Assembly (NCBI RefSeq): GCF_003334785.1
Contig: NZ_QOWV01000002.1
Length of the DNA: 64,000 nucleotides
Direction: 5' to 3' (one strand)
DNA from: Escherichia coli
Lineage (GTDB): Bacteria; Pseudomonadota; Gammaproteobacteria; Enterobacterales; Enterobacteriaceae
Shown here in pieces: positions 1 to 14,283 of the stretch. The notes under the pieces were generated by a model. That model was given only the letters and a program-made list of their open reading frames with translations. It searched no databases and was not told the DNA's origin. Each line of letters starts with the position of its first letter. Position 1 is the first letter of the stretch. The position numbers and the translations under genes were made by a program.

Positions 1-370
1 AAGAAACACCTTCCACTAAGGTTTTATCATTCACCATAGAACCCGCTGCCGCGCCTACAGCTCCGCCGCCAACTGCACCTGCCGTCGTTCCGGAATTGCT
101 GCCAGACCCGACGTTGTGGCCGATAACACCGCCAGCGACTGCGCCAATAAGCGCGCCGAAGGCTTGTGCGTTCCGTTTATTTTGGGAGTTGTCTACGGCA
201 ACTTTTGCGGGAAGAATGGAAATAATATTAACGGTTTTAGTTTCTTGTTTGGTATTCAGTTGATCGGTTTGATAAACATCGGCAGCATGATCGTCAGCAT
301 TTGACTGGCATCCTGCCAGAGTGAATGACGCTAACATTGCCACAGGCAGAAGACATTTTTTAAATTTCAT
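1..370 (-). CDS. yfgH: Outer-membrane lipoprotein YfgH, N-terminal ~123 codons; gene runs off the window start
   Basis: Minus-strand translation from the ATG at 368-370 gives MKFKKCLLPVAMLASFTLAGCQSN... with a lipobox (LAGC) and a Gly/Ala-rich glycine-zipper segment; AAGGA RBS upstream. Not in the ORF track because it has no in-window stop. Confidence 0.8.
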   Translation of the reverse strand, partial: MKFKKCLLPVAMLASFTLAGCQSNADDHAADVYQTDQLNTKQETKTVNIISILPAKVAVDNSQNKRNAQAFGALIGAVAGGVIGHNVGSGSNSGTTAGAVGGGAVGAAAGSMVNDKTLVEGVS

Positions 371-683
371 CACTATTCCTTGTTATACACATTACGAAAA
401 ATAAGACATTTAAGATCATCAAAAGAGGAAAGTAAATGTATTGCGTATAAAGGGATAGATTAAATTTATTAAAATTCACGCAGGGAATAATTTATAAAAA
501 TATATCATTACAACATATATATTAATTTTATATTTATTTCGCAGCCAAACAGGATAAACATCAGTCAGGATAAAGACGTAAAATTTAAGATGAAAGAATA
601 TCTGCCGCTTTGATAATCCCAAACAGCAAAAGCATCCGACAGCGAAGTGCCGTTATGTTCTGTGAAAGTGGAGAAGGTAACCG

Positions 684-875
684 CTAACGTTGTACCGGTG
701 ATTCGACGGAGAGTGTGGATTGCTGAGCTTCTTTTTTGCTCTGATGGTGCTGCCAGGCACCGACGGACGAGTAGATAAAACGGCCAAAGAAGAAGATAAA
801 GCTGATGAGCAGTACGATACGGGTCATGCGACTGTTAAATCGGTGTCGTTTTCGCATACTGGTTGCCTGACTCAC
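684..875 (-). CDS. yfgG: Small membrane protein YfgG (63 aa)
   Basis: ORF-track 63 aa product with one hydrophobic helix (IVLLISFIFFFGRFIY); position between yfgH and pdeF matches E. coli synteny. Confidence 0.75.
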   Translation of the reverse strand: MSQATSMRKRHRFNSRMTRIVLLISFIFFFGRFIYSSVGAWQHHQSKKEAQQSTLSVESPVQR

Positions 876-1085
876 AAAAGGTTCCTTGAAGTATGTCCCA
901 CGCTGTGGACGGTACTTACATTAAGGCACAACAGGACAAAATGGTCAATTCTTCGTTATGTAAAAAAGCGTCAGTGGATACATATTTTAATGTTATGGAA
1001 GTTAATTTAATTATTTACAATGATGATGTAATAATGATGAATTAACATGATAAACGTAATAATTCATTAATCAGGGTTATTTTGT

Positions 1086-1099
1086 TTGATATATATCAA
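1086..1099 (+). promoter_or_regulatory. FNR box (TTGAT-ATAT-ATCAA) of a class II promoter for pdeF
   Basis: Perfect match to the FNR consensus TTGAT-N4-ATCAA; a TAGAAT -10-like hexamer at ~1121-1126 puts the box centre ~41.5 bp upstream of the implied transcription start; ~130 bp upstream of the pdeF ATG. Confidence 0.7.
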
Positions 1100-1226
1100 T
1101 TGGTACTTTCATATGACACTTAGAATCAATGCTCTCTATAGTGATGAATAATCATCATTCGAAGTCAGGTGGGATGCCTGTCTGAATACACCTCCTTCAG
1201 GATGTGGGGGATTCTGCTGAGCATCT

Positions 1227-3470
1227 ATGAAACTGAATGCAACTTATATAAAAATACGTGATAAATGGTGGGGGCTTCCGCTGTTCCTGCCTTCTTTAAT
1301 CTTGCCCATTTTCGCCCACATTAATACTTTCGCGCATATTTCTTCCGGTGAGGTTTTTCTCTTTTATCTGCCTCTGGCACTGATGATCAGCATGATGATG
1401 TTTTTCAGCTGGGCGGCATTGCCAGGGATCGCCTTAGGGATTTTTGTCCGCAAATATGCAGAGCTGGGTTTTTACGAAACGCTATCATTAACGGCTAATT
1501 TTATTATCATTATCATTCTCTGTTGGGGCGGTTACAGGGTCTTTACTCCCCGGCGTAACAACGTTTCACATGGTGATACCCGTTTAATTTCCCAGCGTAT
1601 ATTCTGGCAGATTGTGTTTCCTGCAACGCTGTTTCTGATACTTTTCCAGTTTGCTGCATTTGTAGGATTACTGGCGAGCAGAGAAAATCTGGTCGGTGTC
1701 ATGCCTTTTAACCTCGGGACTTTAATCAATTATCAGGCCTTACTGGTGGGTAATCTGATCGGTGTCCCGCTGTGCTACTTCATCATTCGGGTAGTGCGAA
1801 ATCCATTTTATTTACGTAGCTATTATTCGCAATTAAAACAGCAGGTTGATGCCAAAGTCACCAAAAAAGAGTCCGCGCTCTGGCTACTGGCATTAGGTGC
1901 TTTATTGTTGCTGTTATGCATGCCGTTAAATGAAAAAAGCACAATTTTTAGCACCAATTATACCTTGTCATTATTGCTGCCCCTGATGATGTGGGGAGCG
2001 ATGCGCTATGGTTATAAGCTGATTTCGCTGCTCTGGGCGGTCGTGTTGATGATCAGCATCCACAGCTATCAAAATTACATTCCCATTTATCTTGGCTATA
2101 CCACGCAGCTGACCATAACCTCCTCCAGTTATCTGGTATTCTCTTTTATTGTCAATTATATGGCTGTACTGGCAACCCGTCAGAGAGCGGTAGTCAGACG
2201 CATTCAGCGGCTTGCGTATGTGGACCCGGTGGTTCATCTGCCAAATGTTCGCGCCCTGAATCGCGCGTTGCGTGATGCCCCCTGGTCTGCGCTTTGTTAT
2301 TTACGCATCCCTGGCATGGAAATGCTGGTTAAGAACTATGGCATCATGCTGCGGATTCAATACAAGCAAAAACTTTCTCACTGGCTGTCACCCTTGCTGG
2401 AACCGGGTGAAGATGTTTATCAGCTTTCGGGTAACGATCTCGCGCTGCGACTGAATACAGAATCGCACCAGGAGCGCATTACCGCACTGGATAGCCATCT
2501 CAAGCAATTTCGTTTCTTTTGGGATGGCATGCCGATGCAACCGCAGATTGGCGTCAGTTACTGCTATGTGCGCTCGCCAGTGAATCATATCTACCTGCTG
2601 CTGGGAGAGCTAAATACGGTCGCCGAACTTTCCATCGTGACCAACGCCCCGGAAAATATGCAGCGTCGCGGGGCAATGTATTTGCAACGCGAATTGAAAG
2701 ATAAAGTCGCGATGATGAATCGACTACAGCAGGCGCTGGAACACAACCATTTTTTCCTGATGGCCCAGCCGATTACCGGTATGCGTGGTGATGTTTACCA
2801 TGAAATTCTTCTGCGCATGAAAGGTGAGAATGATGAACTGATCAGCCCCGATAGCTTCTTGCCGGTCGCGCACGAATTTGGTTTATCGTCGAGTATCGAC
2901 ATGTGGGTCATTGAGCATACGCTGCAATTTATGGCTGAAAACAGAGCGAAGATGCCCGCTCACCGTTTTGCTATTAATCTGTCTCCAACCTCGGTATGTC
3001 AGGCTCGTTTTCCTGTTGAAGTCAGTCAGTTGCTGGCTAAATATCAGATTGAAGCGTGGCAACTTATTTTTGAAGTCACCGAAAGTAATGCTCTGACCAA
3101 TGTTAAGCAGGCGCAAATCACCTTGCAGCATCTTCAGGAATTAGGCTGCCAGATTGCGATTGATGATTTCGGCACCGGCTACGCCAGCTATGCGCGGCTT
3201 AAAAATGTGAATGCCGATCTGCTTAAAATTGACGGCAGTTTTATCCGCAATATTGTGTCAAATAGTCTGGATTATCAGATAGTGGCATCGATTTGCCACC
3301 TGGCGCGAATGAAGAAAATGCTGGTAGTGGCAGAGTACGTTGAAAACGAAGAGATCCGCGAGGCGGTGCTCTCTTTGGGGATCGATTATATGCAGGGTTA
3401 TCTTATTGGTAAGCCGCAGCCGTTAATTGATACGCTGAATGAAATCGAACCCATTCGCGAAAGTGCCTGA
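1227..3470 (+). CDS. pdeF: Cyclic-di-GMP phosphodiesterase PdeF (YfgF): N-terminal multi-pass membrane (MASE1-like) region, degenerate GGDEF, C-terminal EAL domain
   Basis: 747 aa ORF; hydrophobic N-terminal third; EAL-domain motifs (EVTES, DDFGTGYAS, KIDGSFI) in the C-terminal part. Confidence 0.9.
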   Translation: MKLNATYIKIRDKWWGLPLFLPSLILPIFAHINTFAHISSGEVFLFYLPLALMISMMMFFSWAALPGIALGIFVRKYAELGFYETLSLTANFIIIIILCWGGYRVFTPRRNNVSHGDTRLISQRIFWQIVFPATLFLILFQFAAFVGLLASRENLVGVMPFNLGTLINYQALLVGNLIGVPLCYFIIRVVRNPFYLRSYYSQLKQQVDAKVTKKESALWLLALGALLLLLCMPLNEKSTIFSTNYTLSLLLPLMMWGAMRYGYKLISLLWAVVLMISIHSYQNYIPIYLGYTTQLTITSSSYLVFSFIVNYMAVLATRQRAVVRRIQRLAYVDPVVHLPNVRALNRALRDAPWSALCYLRIPGMEMLVKNYGIMLRIQYKQKLSHWLSPLLEPGEDVYQLSGNDLALRLNTESHQERITALDSHLKQFRFFWDGMPMQPQIGVSYCYVRSPVNHIYLLLGELNTVAELSIVTNAPENMQRRGAMYLQRELKDKVAMMNRLQQALEHNHFFLMAQPITGMRGDVYHEILLRMKGENDELISPDSFLPVAHEFGLSSSIDMWVIEHTLQFMAENRAKMPAHRFAINLSPTSVCQARFPVEVSQLLAKYQIEAWQLIFEVTESNALTNVKQAQITLQHLQELGCQIAIDDFGTGYASYARLKNVNADLLKIDGSFIRNIVSNSLDYQIVASICHLARMKKMLVVAEYVENEEIREAVLSLGIDYMQGYLIGKPQPLIDTLNEIEPIRESA

Positions 3471-3475
3471 ATAAT

Positions 3476-3502
3476 GCGGGCCGACATTTCTCGTCGGCCC
3501 GC
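3476..3502. terminator. Bidirectional hairpin between convergent pdeF and ppx
   Basis: Perfect 10-bp inverted repeat GCGGGCCGAC / GTCGGCCCGC with a 7-nt loop in the 38-bp convergent spacer. Confidence 0.6.
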
Positions 3503-3508
3503 AAAGTA

Positions 3509-7121
<3,613 letters not shown>

Positions 7122-7292
7122 TACCACTTTTACTCCGTTTTATTCACGGGACACTGCCTGGATATTATGGCGAGCAATATTGGCAGATGTCCAACTATGC
7201 CAGAAAAGGGGGAAAAAAACTGCTGGAGCTTGCGATTTACAGGTGAATTGAAAAACGCCAGCGGCAGAGCTGGCGCTTTAATTACGGGGGTA

Positions 7293-7930
7293 TTACTCGT
7301 CGGCAGCGTAGCCCTGCGGCGGCAGACGTTGACCATCCAGCCACGCGGCGTTTTCGTGCATTTTCAGACGACCATCGGCAAACCAGCTAATCACCAGTGG
7401 ATAAATGGCGTGTTCCTGGGTTTGCACGCGGGCGGTGATGTCATCTTCCGAATCACCAGCAAATACCGGGACTTTCGCCTGTAAAATAACCGGGCCACCG
7501 TCCAGTTCATCGGTGACGAAATGCACCGATGTACCGTGCTCTTCATCGCCATTTTCCAGCGCCTGACGATGGGTGTGTAATCCGGGATATTTCGGCAGCA
7601 GAGAAGGGTGAATGTTCAGCAAACGCCCGGCATAGTGGGAGACAAACGCCGGGCTGAGAATGCGCATAAAACCAGCCAGCACGACCACATCGGGTGCGTA
7701 CATGTCGATTTCATGAATCAACTCCCGGTCATAGGCTTCACGACTGTCAAACGCGCTGGCGATGAGCGTATGCGTTGCAATACCCGCCTGGCGGGCGCGT
7801 TCAAGGCCGAACGCGTCGGCCTTATTGCTGAAAACTGCCCGTACGGTGCCTTTAATTTTGTTGGTTTTACAGGCGTCAATAATTGCCTGTAAATTACTTC
7901 CGTTGCCGGAAATAAGCACCACAATATTCA

Positions 7931-7931
<1 letters not shown>
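7293..7931 (-). CDS. purN: Phosphoribosylglycinamide formyltransferase (GAR transformylase)
   Basis: 212 aa; formyltransferase motifs (NIHPSLLPKYPGLHTH); immediately downstream of purM with 1-nt overlap. Confidence 0.92.
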
Positions 7932-8986
<1,055 letters not shown>

Positions 8987-9030
8987 TTACTTGCGGTAGA
9001 AAAATAAAATTCGGCGCAATTCTAACAGGG

Positions 9031-9046
9031 AAAGCAAACGTTTGCG
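9031..9046. promoter_or_regulatory. PurR operator (pur box) for purMN
   Basis: aaGCAAACGTTTGCga contains the palindromic PurR core GCAAACGTTTGC; lies in the purM-upp divergent spacer upstream of purM. Confidence 0.7.
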
Positions 9047-9243
9047 AGACTGCTTTACACAACCTTTTTGCACGTCTTTTCCCCAGGCGCGCGGCGAAAG
9101 AAGACTTGTGCCAGGGTAAAGGTTAGTTTTCGGATGGAATAATCTTCTTTCATAACCATCTGAATATAAAATAACTTTATCTCAAACCGTTATCATTTTG
9201 ACTAAAGTCAACGAAAAGAATATTGCCGCCTTGAAGAAAGGAG

Positions 9244-9267
9244 GTATAATCCGTCGATTTTTTTTGT
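9244..9267 (+). promoter_or_regulatory. upp promoter -10 (TATAAT) followed by the initially transcribed T-tract (GATTTTTTTTG)
   Basis: TATAAT hexamer then a run of about 8 T ~30 nt upstream of the upp ATG; matches the known UTP-sensitive reiterative-transcription control of upp. Confidence 0.65.
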
Positions 9268-9292
9268 GGCTGCCCCTCAAAGGAGAAAGAGT

Positions 9293-9919
9293 ATGAAGAT
9301 CGTGGAAGTCAAACACCCACTCGTCAAACACAAGCTGGGACTGATGCGTGAGCAAGATATCAGCACCAAGCGCTTTCGCGAACTCGCTTCCGAAGTGGGT
9401 AGCCTGCTGACTTACGAAGCGACCGCCGACCTCGAAACGGAAAAAGTAACTATCGAAGGCTGGAACGGCCCGGTAGAAATCGACCAGATCAAAGGTAAGA
9501 AAATTACCGTTGTGCCAATTCTGCGTGCGGGTCTTGGTATGATGGACGGTGTGCTGGAAAACGTTCCGAGCGCGCGCATCAGCGTTGTCGGTATGTACCG
9601 TAATGAAGAAACGCTGGAGCCGGTACCGTACTTCCAGAAACTGGTTTCTAACATCGATGAGCGTATGGCGCTGATCGTTGACCCAATGCTGGCAACCGGT
9701 GGTTCCGTTATCGCGACCATCGACCTGCTGAAAAAAGCGGGCTGCAGCAGCATCAAAGTTCTGGTGCTGGTAGCTGCGCCAGAAGGTATCGCTGCGCTGG
9801 AAAAAGCGCACCCGGACGTCGAACTGTATACCGCATCGATTGATCAGGGACTGAACGAGCACGGATACATTATTCCGGGCCTCGGCGATGCCGGTGACAA
9901 AATCTTTGGTACGAAATAA
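9293..9919 (+). CDS. upp: Uracil phosphoribosyltransferase
   Basis: 208 aa from [14 protein letters not shown]; PRPP-binding motif [12 protein letters not shown]; the ORF track extends 9 codons upstream from a GTG. Confidence 0.93.
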
Positions 9920-9935
9920 AGAATAAAAATAATTA

Positions 9936-9964
9936 AAGCCGACTTTAAGAGTCGGCTTTTTTTT
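9936..9964 (+). terminator. Hairpin plus T-run between upp and uraA (intra-operon terminator or attenuator)
   Basis: AGCCGACT-ttaag-AGTCGGCT followed by TTTTTTTT. Confidence 0.6.
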
Positions 9965-10004
9965 GAGTAAAGCGCCTATAACACATAATACAGAGGATAA
10001 TACT

Positions 10005-11294
10005 ATGACGCGCCGTGCTATCGGGGTGAGTGAAAGACCGCCACTTTTACAGACAATCCCGCTTAGTTTGCAACATTTGTTCGCCATGTTTGGTGCAACC
10101 GTCCTGGTGCCCGTCTTATTTCATATTAACCCGGCGACTGTACTGTTATTTAACGGTATTGGAACGCTGCTGTATCTCTTCATCTGTAAAGGGAAAATTC
10201 CGGCTTATCTTGGTTCCAGCTTTGCCTTTATTTCACCGGTATTGTTACTGTTGCCGTTAGGGTATGAAGTCGCGCTGGGCGGCTTTATTATGTGCGGCGT
10301 GCTGTTCTGCCTGGTTTCTTTTATCGTGAAGAAAGCGGGGACCGGCTGGCTGGACGTGCTGTTTCCACCTGCGGCAATGGGCGCAATCGTTGCCGTCATC
10401 GGTCTGGAGCTGGCGGGCGTAGCTGCCGGTATGGCGGGTTTACTCCCGGCTGAAGGGCAAACGCCAGACTCCAAAACCATCATCATCTCTATTACCACCC
10501 TGGCGGTCACGGTTTTAGGTTCCGTGCTGTTTCGTGGTTTCCTGGCAATTATCCCGATTTTAATTGGCGTGCTGGTGGGGTACGCGCTCTCTTTCGCAAT
10601 GGGAATTGTCGATACCACGCCGATTATTAATGCTCACTGGTTTGCGCTGCCAACCCTCTATACGCCGCGCTTCGAGTGGTTTGCCATTCTGACTATTCTG
10701 CCAGCGGCGTTAGTGGTTATTGCCGAACACGTAGGGCACCTGGTAGTAACGGCTAATATCGTCAAAAAAGATCTGCTGCGCGATCCAGGTCTGCACCGTT
10801 CGATGTTTGCTAATGGCTTGTCGACCGTGATTTCCGGCTTCTTTGGCTCTACGCCAAATACTACTTACGGAGAAAACATTGGCGTGATGGCGATCACCCG
10901 TGTTTACAGTACCTGGGTTATCGGCGGGGCGGCGATTTTCGCTATCCTGCTTTCCTGCGTCGGTAAACTGGCTGCCGCTATCCAGATGATCCCATTGCCG
11001 GTGATGGGCGGCGTTTCGCTGCTGCTTTATGGTGTCATCGGTGCTTCCGGTATTCGTGTTTTGATCGAATCGAAAGTGGATTACAACAAAGCACAGAACC
11101 TGATCCTGACTTCCGTGATTTTGATCATCGGCGTCAGTGGCGCGAAGGTAAACATCGGCGCGGCGGAGTTAAAAGGTATGGCGCTGGCGACCATCGTCGG
11201 TATCGGCTTAAGTTTGATCTTCAAACTGATCAGTGTGCTGCGCCCTGAAGAAGTGGTGCTGGACGCAGAAGACGCGGATATAACAGACAAATAA
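10005..11294 (+). CDS. uraA: Uracil permease (NCS2/NAT family)
   Basis: 429 aa from [36 protein letters not shown]; multi-pass membrane protein; the ORF track is extended by 14 codons. Confidence 0.92.
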   Translation: MTRRAIGVSERPPLLQTIPLSLQHLFAMFGATVLVPVLFHINPATVLLFNGIGTLLYLFICKGKIPAYLGSSFAFISPVLLLLPLGYEVALGGFIMCGVLFCLVSFIVKKAGTGWLDVLFPPAAMGAIVAVIGLELAGVAAGMAGLLPAEGQTPDSKTIIISITTLAVTVLGSVLFRGFLAIIPILIGVLVGYALSFAMGIVDTTPIINAHWFALPTLYTPRFEWFAILTILPAALVVIAEHVGHLVVTANIVKKDLLRDPGLHRSMFANGLSTVISGFFGSTPNTTYGENIGVMAITRVYSTWVIGGAAIFAILLSCVGKLAAAIQMIPLPVMGGVSLLLYGVIGASGIRVLIESKVDYNKAQNLILTSVILIIGVSGAKVNIGAAELKGMALATIVGIGLSLIFKLISVLRPEEVVLDAEDADITDK

Positions 11295-11388
11295 TGTACC
11301 GACCGGGCAGTGTTGCTGCCCGGTTCAAACATCATGGGATTCTGTGGTAAACTTCTCGCGATTTTGTGAAATCCTGGTTGAGGTATCT

Positions 11389-12090
11389 CTGAACACACCG
11401 GCACAGCTCTCTTTGCCACTTTATCTTCCTGACGACGAAACCTTTGCAAGTTTCTGGCCGGGGGATAACTCCTCTTTACTGGCCGCGCTGCAAAACGTGC
11501 TGCGTCAGGAACATAGCGGTTACATCTATCTCTGGGCACGCGAAGGCGCGGGGCGCAGCCATCTGCTGCACGCGGCTTGCGCGGAATTGTCGCTGCGTGG
11601 CGATGCGGTGGGCTATGTCCCGCTGGATAAACGCACCTGGTTTGTTCCGGAAGTGCTCGACGGTATGGAGCATTTGTCGCTGGTCTGTATCGACAACATT
11701 GAGTGTATTGCAGGCGATGAGTTGTGGGAGATGGCGATTTTCGATCTCTACAATCGAATTCTGGAATCGGGCAAAACACGGTTGTTGATCACCGGCGATC
11801 GTCCACCGCGGCAGTTGAATCTGGGATTACCGGATCTCGCGTCGCGACTCGACTGGGGGCAGATCTACAAATTGCAGCCACTTTCTGATGAAGATAAGTT
11901 GCAGGCGCTACAGTTACGCGCGCGTTTGCGTGGTTTTGAACTGCCGGAAGATGTGGGGCGTTTCTTGCTGAAGCGGCTCGACAGAGAAATGCGCACGCTA
12001 TTTATGACGTTGGATCAGTTGGATCGTGCGTCGATTACCGCGCAACGTAAGCTGACCATTCCGTTTGTGAAAGAAATTCTGAAGTTGTAG
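11389..12090 (+). CDS. hda: DnaA-inactivating AAA+ protein Hda (regulatory inactivation of DnaA)
   Basis: DnaA-like AAA+ core ([27 protein letters not shown]); the mature N-terminus ...[18 protein letters not shown] aligns with an in-frame CTG (233 aa); the ORF-track GTG at 11344 would give 248 aa. Confidence 0.85.
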   Translation: MNTPAQLSLPLYLPDDETFASFWPGDNSSLLAALQNVLRQEHSGYIYLWAREGAGRSHLLHAACAELSLRGDAVGYVPLDKRTWFVPEVLDGMEHLSLVCIDNIECIAGDELWEMAIFDLYNRILESGKTRLLITGDRPPRQLNLGLPDLASRLDWGQIYKLQPLSDEDKLQALQLRARLRGFELPEDVGRFLLKRLDREMRTLFMTLDQLDRASITAQRKLTIPFVKEILKL

Positions 12091-12104
12091 ATAAGGTGTT
12101 TATT

Positions 12105-12201
12105 GTCGGATGCGGCGCGAACGCCTTATCCGAACTACGCGAAGTTAATCCATAGTATTCGTAGGCCGGATAAGACGTGGCAAGCGTCGCATCCGGCAAT
12201 G
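12105..12201. repeat. REP/BIME: two inverted REP units between convergent hda and yfgD
   Basis: gtcGGATGCGGCGcgaacGCCTTATCCGaa and GCCGGATAAGacgtggcaagCGTCGCATCCGGCA; the canonical E. coli REP palindrome. Confidence 0.8.
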
Positions 12202-12227
12202 TGCTTCAACTAGCGATGGAGCACATC

Positions 12228-12587
12228 TTAACCCACGATTTCCAGTACCTGCTCCGGTGGACGACCAATCCGCGCTTTGCCATTCGCGACCACAATCGGG
12301 CGCTCCATCAGCTTCGGATTATCCACCATTGCCTGAATCAGCGCCTCTTCGCTAAGCGAACTGTCAGCCAGGTTCAGTTCTTTATAAAGATCCTCTTTCT
12401 GGCGCATCAATTCACGGGCGCTATTCATCCCCAGTATTTTCAGCAAATCGCGCAGCGTTGCCGCATCGGCGGGTGTCTCAAGGTAGAGCACCACTTCTGG
12501 CTCCACGCCGTTTTCTTTCAGCAGGTTCAGCGTTTCCCGGCTCTTTGAACAGCGTGGGTTATGGTAGATTTTTACCTGTTTGGTCAT
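12228..12587 (-). CDS. yfgD: ArsC/Spx-family small thiol protein YfgD
   Basis: 119 aa; N-terminal CxxS motif (HNPRCSKSRETL) typical of the ArsC family. Confidence 0.85.
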   Translation of the reverse strand: MTKQVKIYHNPRCSKSRETLNLLKENGVEPEVVLYLETPADAATLRDLLKILGMNSARELMRQKEDLYKELNLADSSLSEEALIQAMVDNPKLMERPIVVANGKARIGRPPEQVLEIVG

Positions 12588-12607
12588 TGTTCTTCCTTTA
12601 ATGCGAA

Positions 12608-14071
12608 TTACATCTTGGTATAAGGCTTAAAGCGTTCCTGCAGCTGGCGCAACTGGTCGATGCGCGCATCGTAACGCGCTTGTTGCAGGCTGCCTAATTT
12701 CACCTGCGAACTGGCGCTACTCAACAGCGAAATGGCCTGATCGAGTCGTCCGGCGAGCGCATAACCTTCTGCTCGCGCAGCCAGCTCCTGATCGCGGTTA
12801 TTTAGCGCGGCTTCCGCCTGTGCCAGCAAATCCCAGCCGTTGCTGTCATCTTTATTATTAAAGGTGTAGCGATTCAGAATATTGGCCGCTTCTTGTGGTT
12901 GACCGCCTTGCAAATAAGCGTTCGCCAGGTTGAGCTGCAACACCGGATTGGTGCGTAAATCGCGGGCATTTTTCAGACGATTGATCGCCTCATTGGCTTT
13001 GTTTTGCCCAAGATCGATATCAGTAGCCAGATCGAGATACCATGCGTTGCCAGGTTCTGCCGCCAGTAACGGTTGCAGCGTTTTACGCGCCTCGTCGTAT
13101 TTATTGGCTTCCATCGCCTGTAAAGCACGACCATATTGTGCTGCTCGTTGCTGACGAACGTTTCCTTTCGCCCATTCATCCAGCAAATCACTGGTGAGCT
13201 GGTTACGTCCGGAATTATACATCCCCAGTGTGCGCGCTTTCGCCAGATAGAAATCTTCCGACGACTGCACCACCATCGGGCGCATCTGATTAGCACGGTT
13301 GCGGGCATCTGCCAGACGACTTTCCGGCAACGGGTGAGTCAATAAAATTTCCGGCGGGCGCGAGGAGTAACGCGCCTGATCGAGTAATTTTTCGAGGAAG
13401 GTTGGCATCGCCTGCGGATCGAATCCCGAGCGTTGCAGCACCTGAATACCAATGCGGTCCGCTTCCTGTTCATTTTGCTGGGTGAAACTGATCATCCCCT
13501 GACGCGTTCCCGCCAGTGTACCGGTCAGCGCCGCCATCCCCGCCTGCGGACTGGCCATCGCCAGTAAAATAGAACCTAACGCGCCGACCCAGGTCAGCGG
13601 CGCGCTGCGCTGCTGATCTTCCATCGCTCGCGCCAGGTGACGTTGGGTGACGTGGGAGATTTCGTGCGCCATAACTGAAGCCAGTTGACTTTCGTTATCG
13701 GAATAACGGAACAGGGCAGAGTGCAGCACCACGTTGCCGCCAAAGAAAGCAAAGGCGTTAATTTCGTCGTTGTTGATCAGAAAAAAATGAAACGGTGTCT
13801 TAACCGAATTGGCATGCGAAACCAGACGCATCCCCAGCGAATTAATATATTGCGTTAACAGCGGGTCATTAATTAACGGCGCGCTGCCGCGTAGCTGGCG
13901 GACATAATAGTCGCCCATCTGCATTTCCTGACCAATGGAAAGCGTGCTTCCTGCGGAGGTTCCCATATCCGGCAAGGTGTCTGCGCTGTCGGCAAACGCC
14001 GGGGCTACCTGACCAATGGTCATAGCAGCAATGAGGGTTGCAACCAGGTTTTTTTTCAACTGCCTGAACAT
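12608..14071 (-). CDS. bepA: Periplasmic M48 metalloprotease/chaperone BepA (YfgC) with TPR domain
   Basis: 487 aa; signal peptide; HEISH zinc motif ([11 protein letters not shown]); TPR-like C-terminal half. Confidence 0.9.
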
Positions 14072-14283
14072 AACCTCTATCCTGTATTTCTGGAGATAGT
14101 CATTTGACCGATACTGTGAAATATCGTTCCCACCGCGCCGCCTTTGAGTGTAACGGCGAAGATTAGCCCACTCAAATGACTTTTCAGTTTCCTGAATCCG
14201 TCATAAAAAGCGAAGTCTTTTTTGTGACATTTCGATACAATTGCGGATCGCAATCCCGCTCTTGAGGTTCAGGGAAGGTCTTT

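Noticed and set aside
116-304. 62-aa plus-strand ORF at the window start
   Set aside because: Lies entirely antisense within the yfgH lipoprotein coding sequence; low-complexity product with no RBS; an artefact of the Gly/Ala-rich opposite strand.
9182-10087. 301-aa minus-strand ORF spanning the purM-upp spacer, all of upp and the uraA start
   Set aside because: Antisense to the clearly recognisable upp gene and crosses a promoter region; no recognisable domain; typical long antisense frame in GC-rich coding DNA.
11081-11779. 232-aa minus-strand ORF spanning the uraA end and hda start
   Set aside because: Antisense to two recognised genes and across their spacer; Arg/Pro-rich nonsense composition.
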